64,000 nt of DNA from the human T2T-CHM13v2.0 reference genome, Homo sapiens, in assembly GCF_009914755.1 (NCBI RefSeq), contig NC_060938.1; one strand, given 5' to 3'. Below are positions 63,901-64,000 of this stretch, in pieces. Both the position numbers and the translations under genes were made by a program. The notes beneath the pieces were generated by a model, which was not told the DNA's origin, ran no database searches, and saw only the letters and a program-made list of their open reading frames with translations. Positions within the stretch are counted from its first letter, which is position 1; every line of letters begins with the position of its first letter.

Positions 63901-64000
63901 CATTTCATTCCATTCAAGTCCATTCCATTGCATTTCATTCGAATCCATTCCGTTCCATTCTATTGCATTCAAGACCATTCCATTGCATTCCATTGGAGTC
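48990..64000 (+). repeat. Human satellite 3 (CATTC)n array, continuation
   Basis: Same pentamer composition and orientation through to the window end. Confidence 0.96.

Noticed and set aside
18378-63993. Hundreds of ORFs of (FHSIP)n and (MEWNG)n type, up to 468 aa
   Set aside because: The CATTC/GAATG pentamer has no stop codon in any frame, so long ORFs arise automatically. There is no evidence of coding function.
18381-64000. Repeat array as a CRISPR-like or telomere-like system
   Set aside because: No unique spacers, no cas genes and no TTAGGG repeats. The context (Alu, L1PA, IGHV) is primate and the motif is classical satellite 3.

Overview
Human (or great-ape) pericentromeric/acrocentric-type DNA. 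Bases 1-~18,380 are a repeat-rich block that looks derived from the immunoglobulin heavy-chain V locus. It holds a decayed L1PA, four AluS elements, MER65, MER4A1 and THE1C LTRs and old L1M fragments. It also carries two minus-strand VH segments and a probable third: a broken clan-II (IGHV4-like) pseudogene, an open IGHV1 orphon matching IGHV1OR21-1/IGHV1OR15-9, and a heavily eroded V remnant with its own RSS and CTCF-like site. At ~18,381 the block joins abruptly to a diverged human satellite 3 (CATTC)n array that runs to the window end. One 5'-truncated L1PA2-like insertion (48,349-48,989) interrupts the array. The satellite has nested structure: tandem duplications of 30-500 bp, a ~1.2 kb unit at 28-34 kb and a ~3-3.8 kb unit at 55-64 kb. 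The many satellite 'ORFs' are artefacts of the pentamer. I found no convincing wholly new biological system. The best leads are the intact VH orphon with two extra CDR cysteines, the candidate V remnant, the L1 insertion at a non-canonical site, and the satellite higher-order structure. Subfamily and gene names come from recalled consensus sequences, not from database searches.
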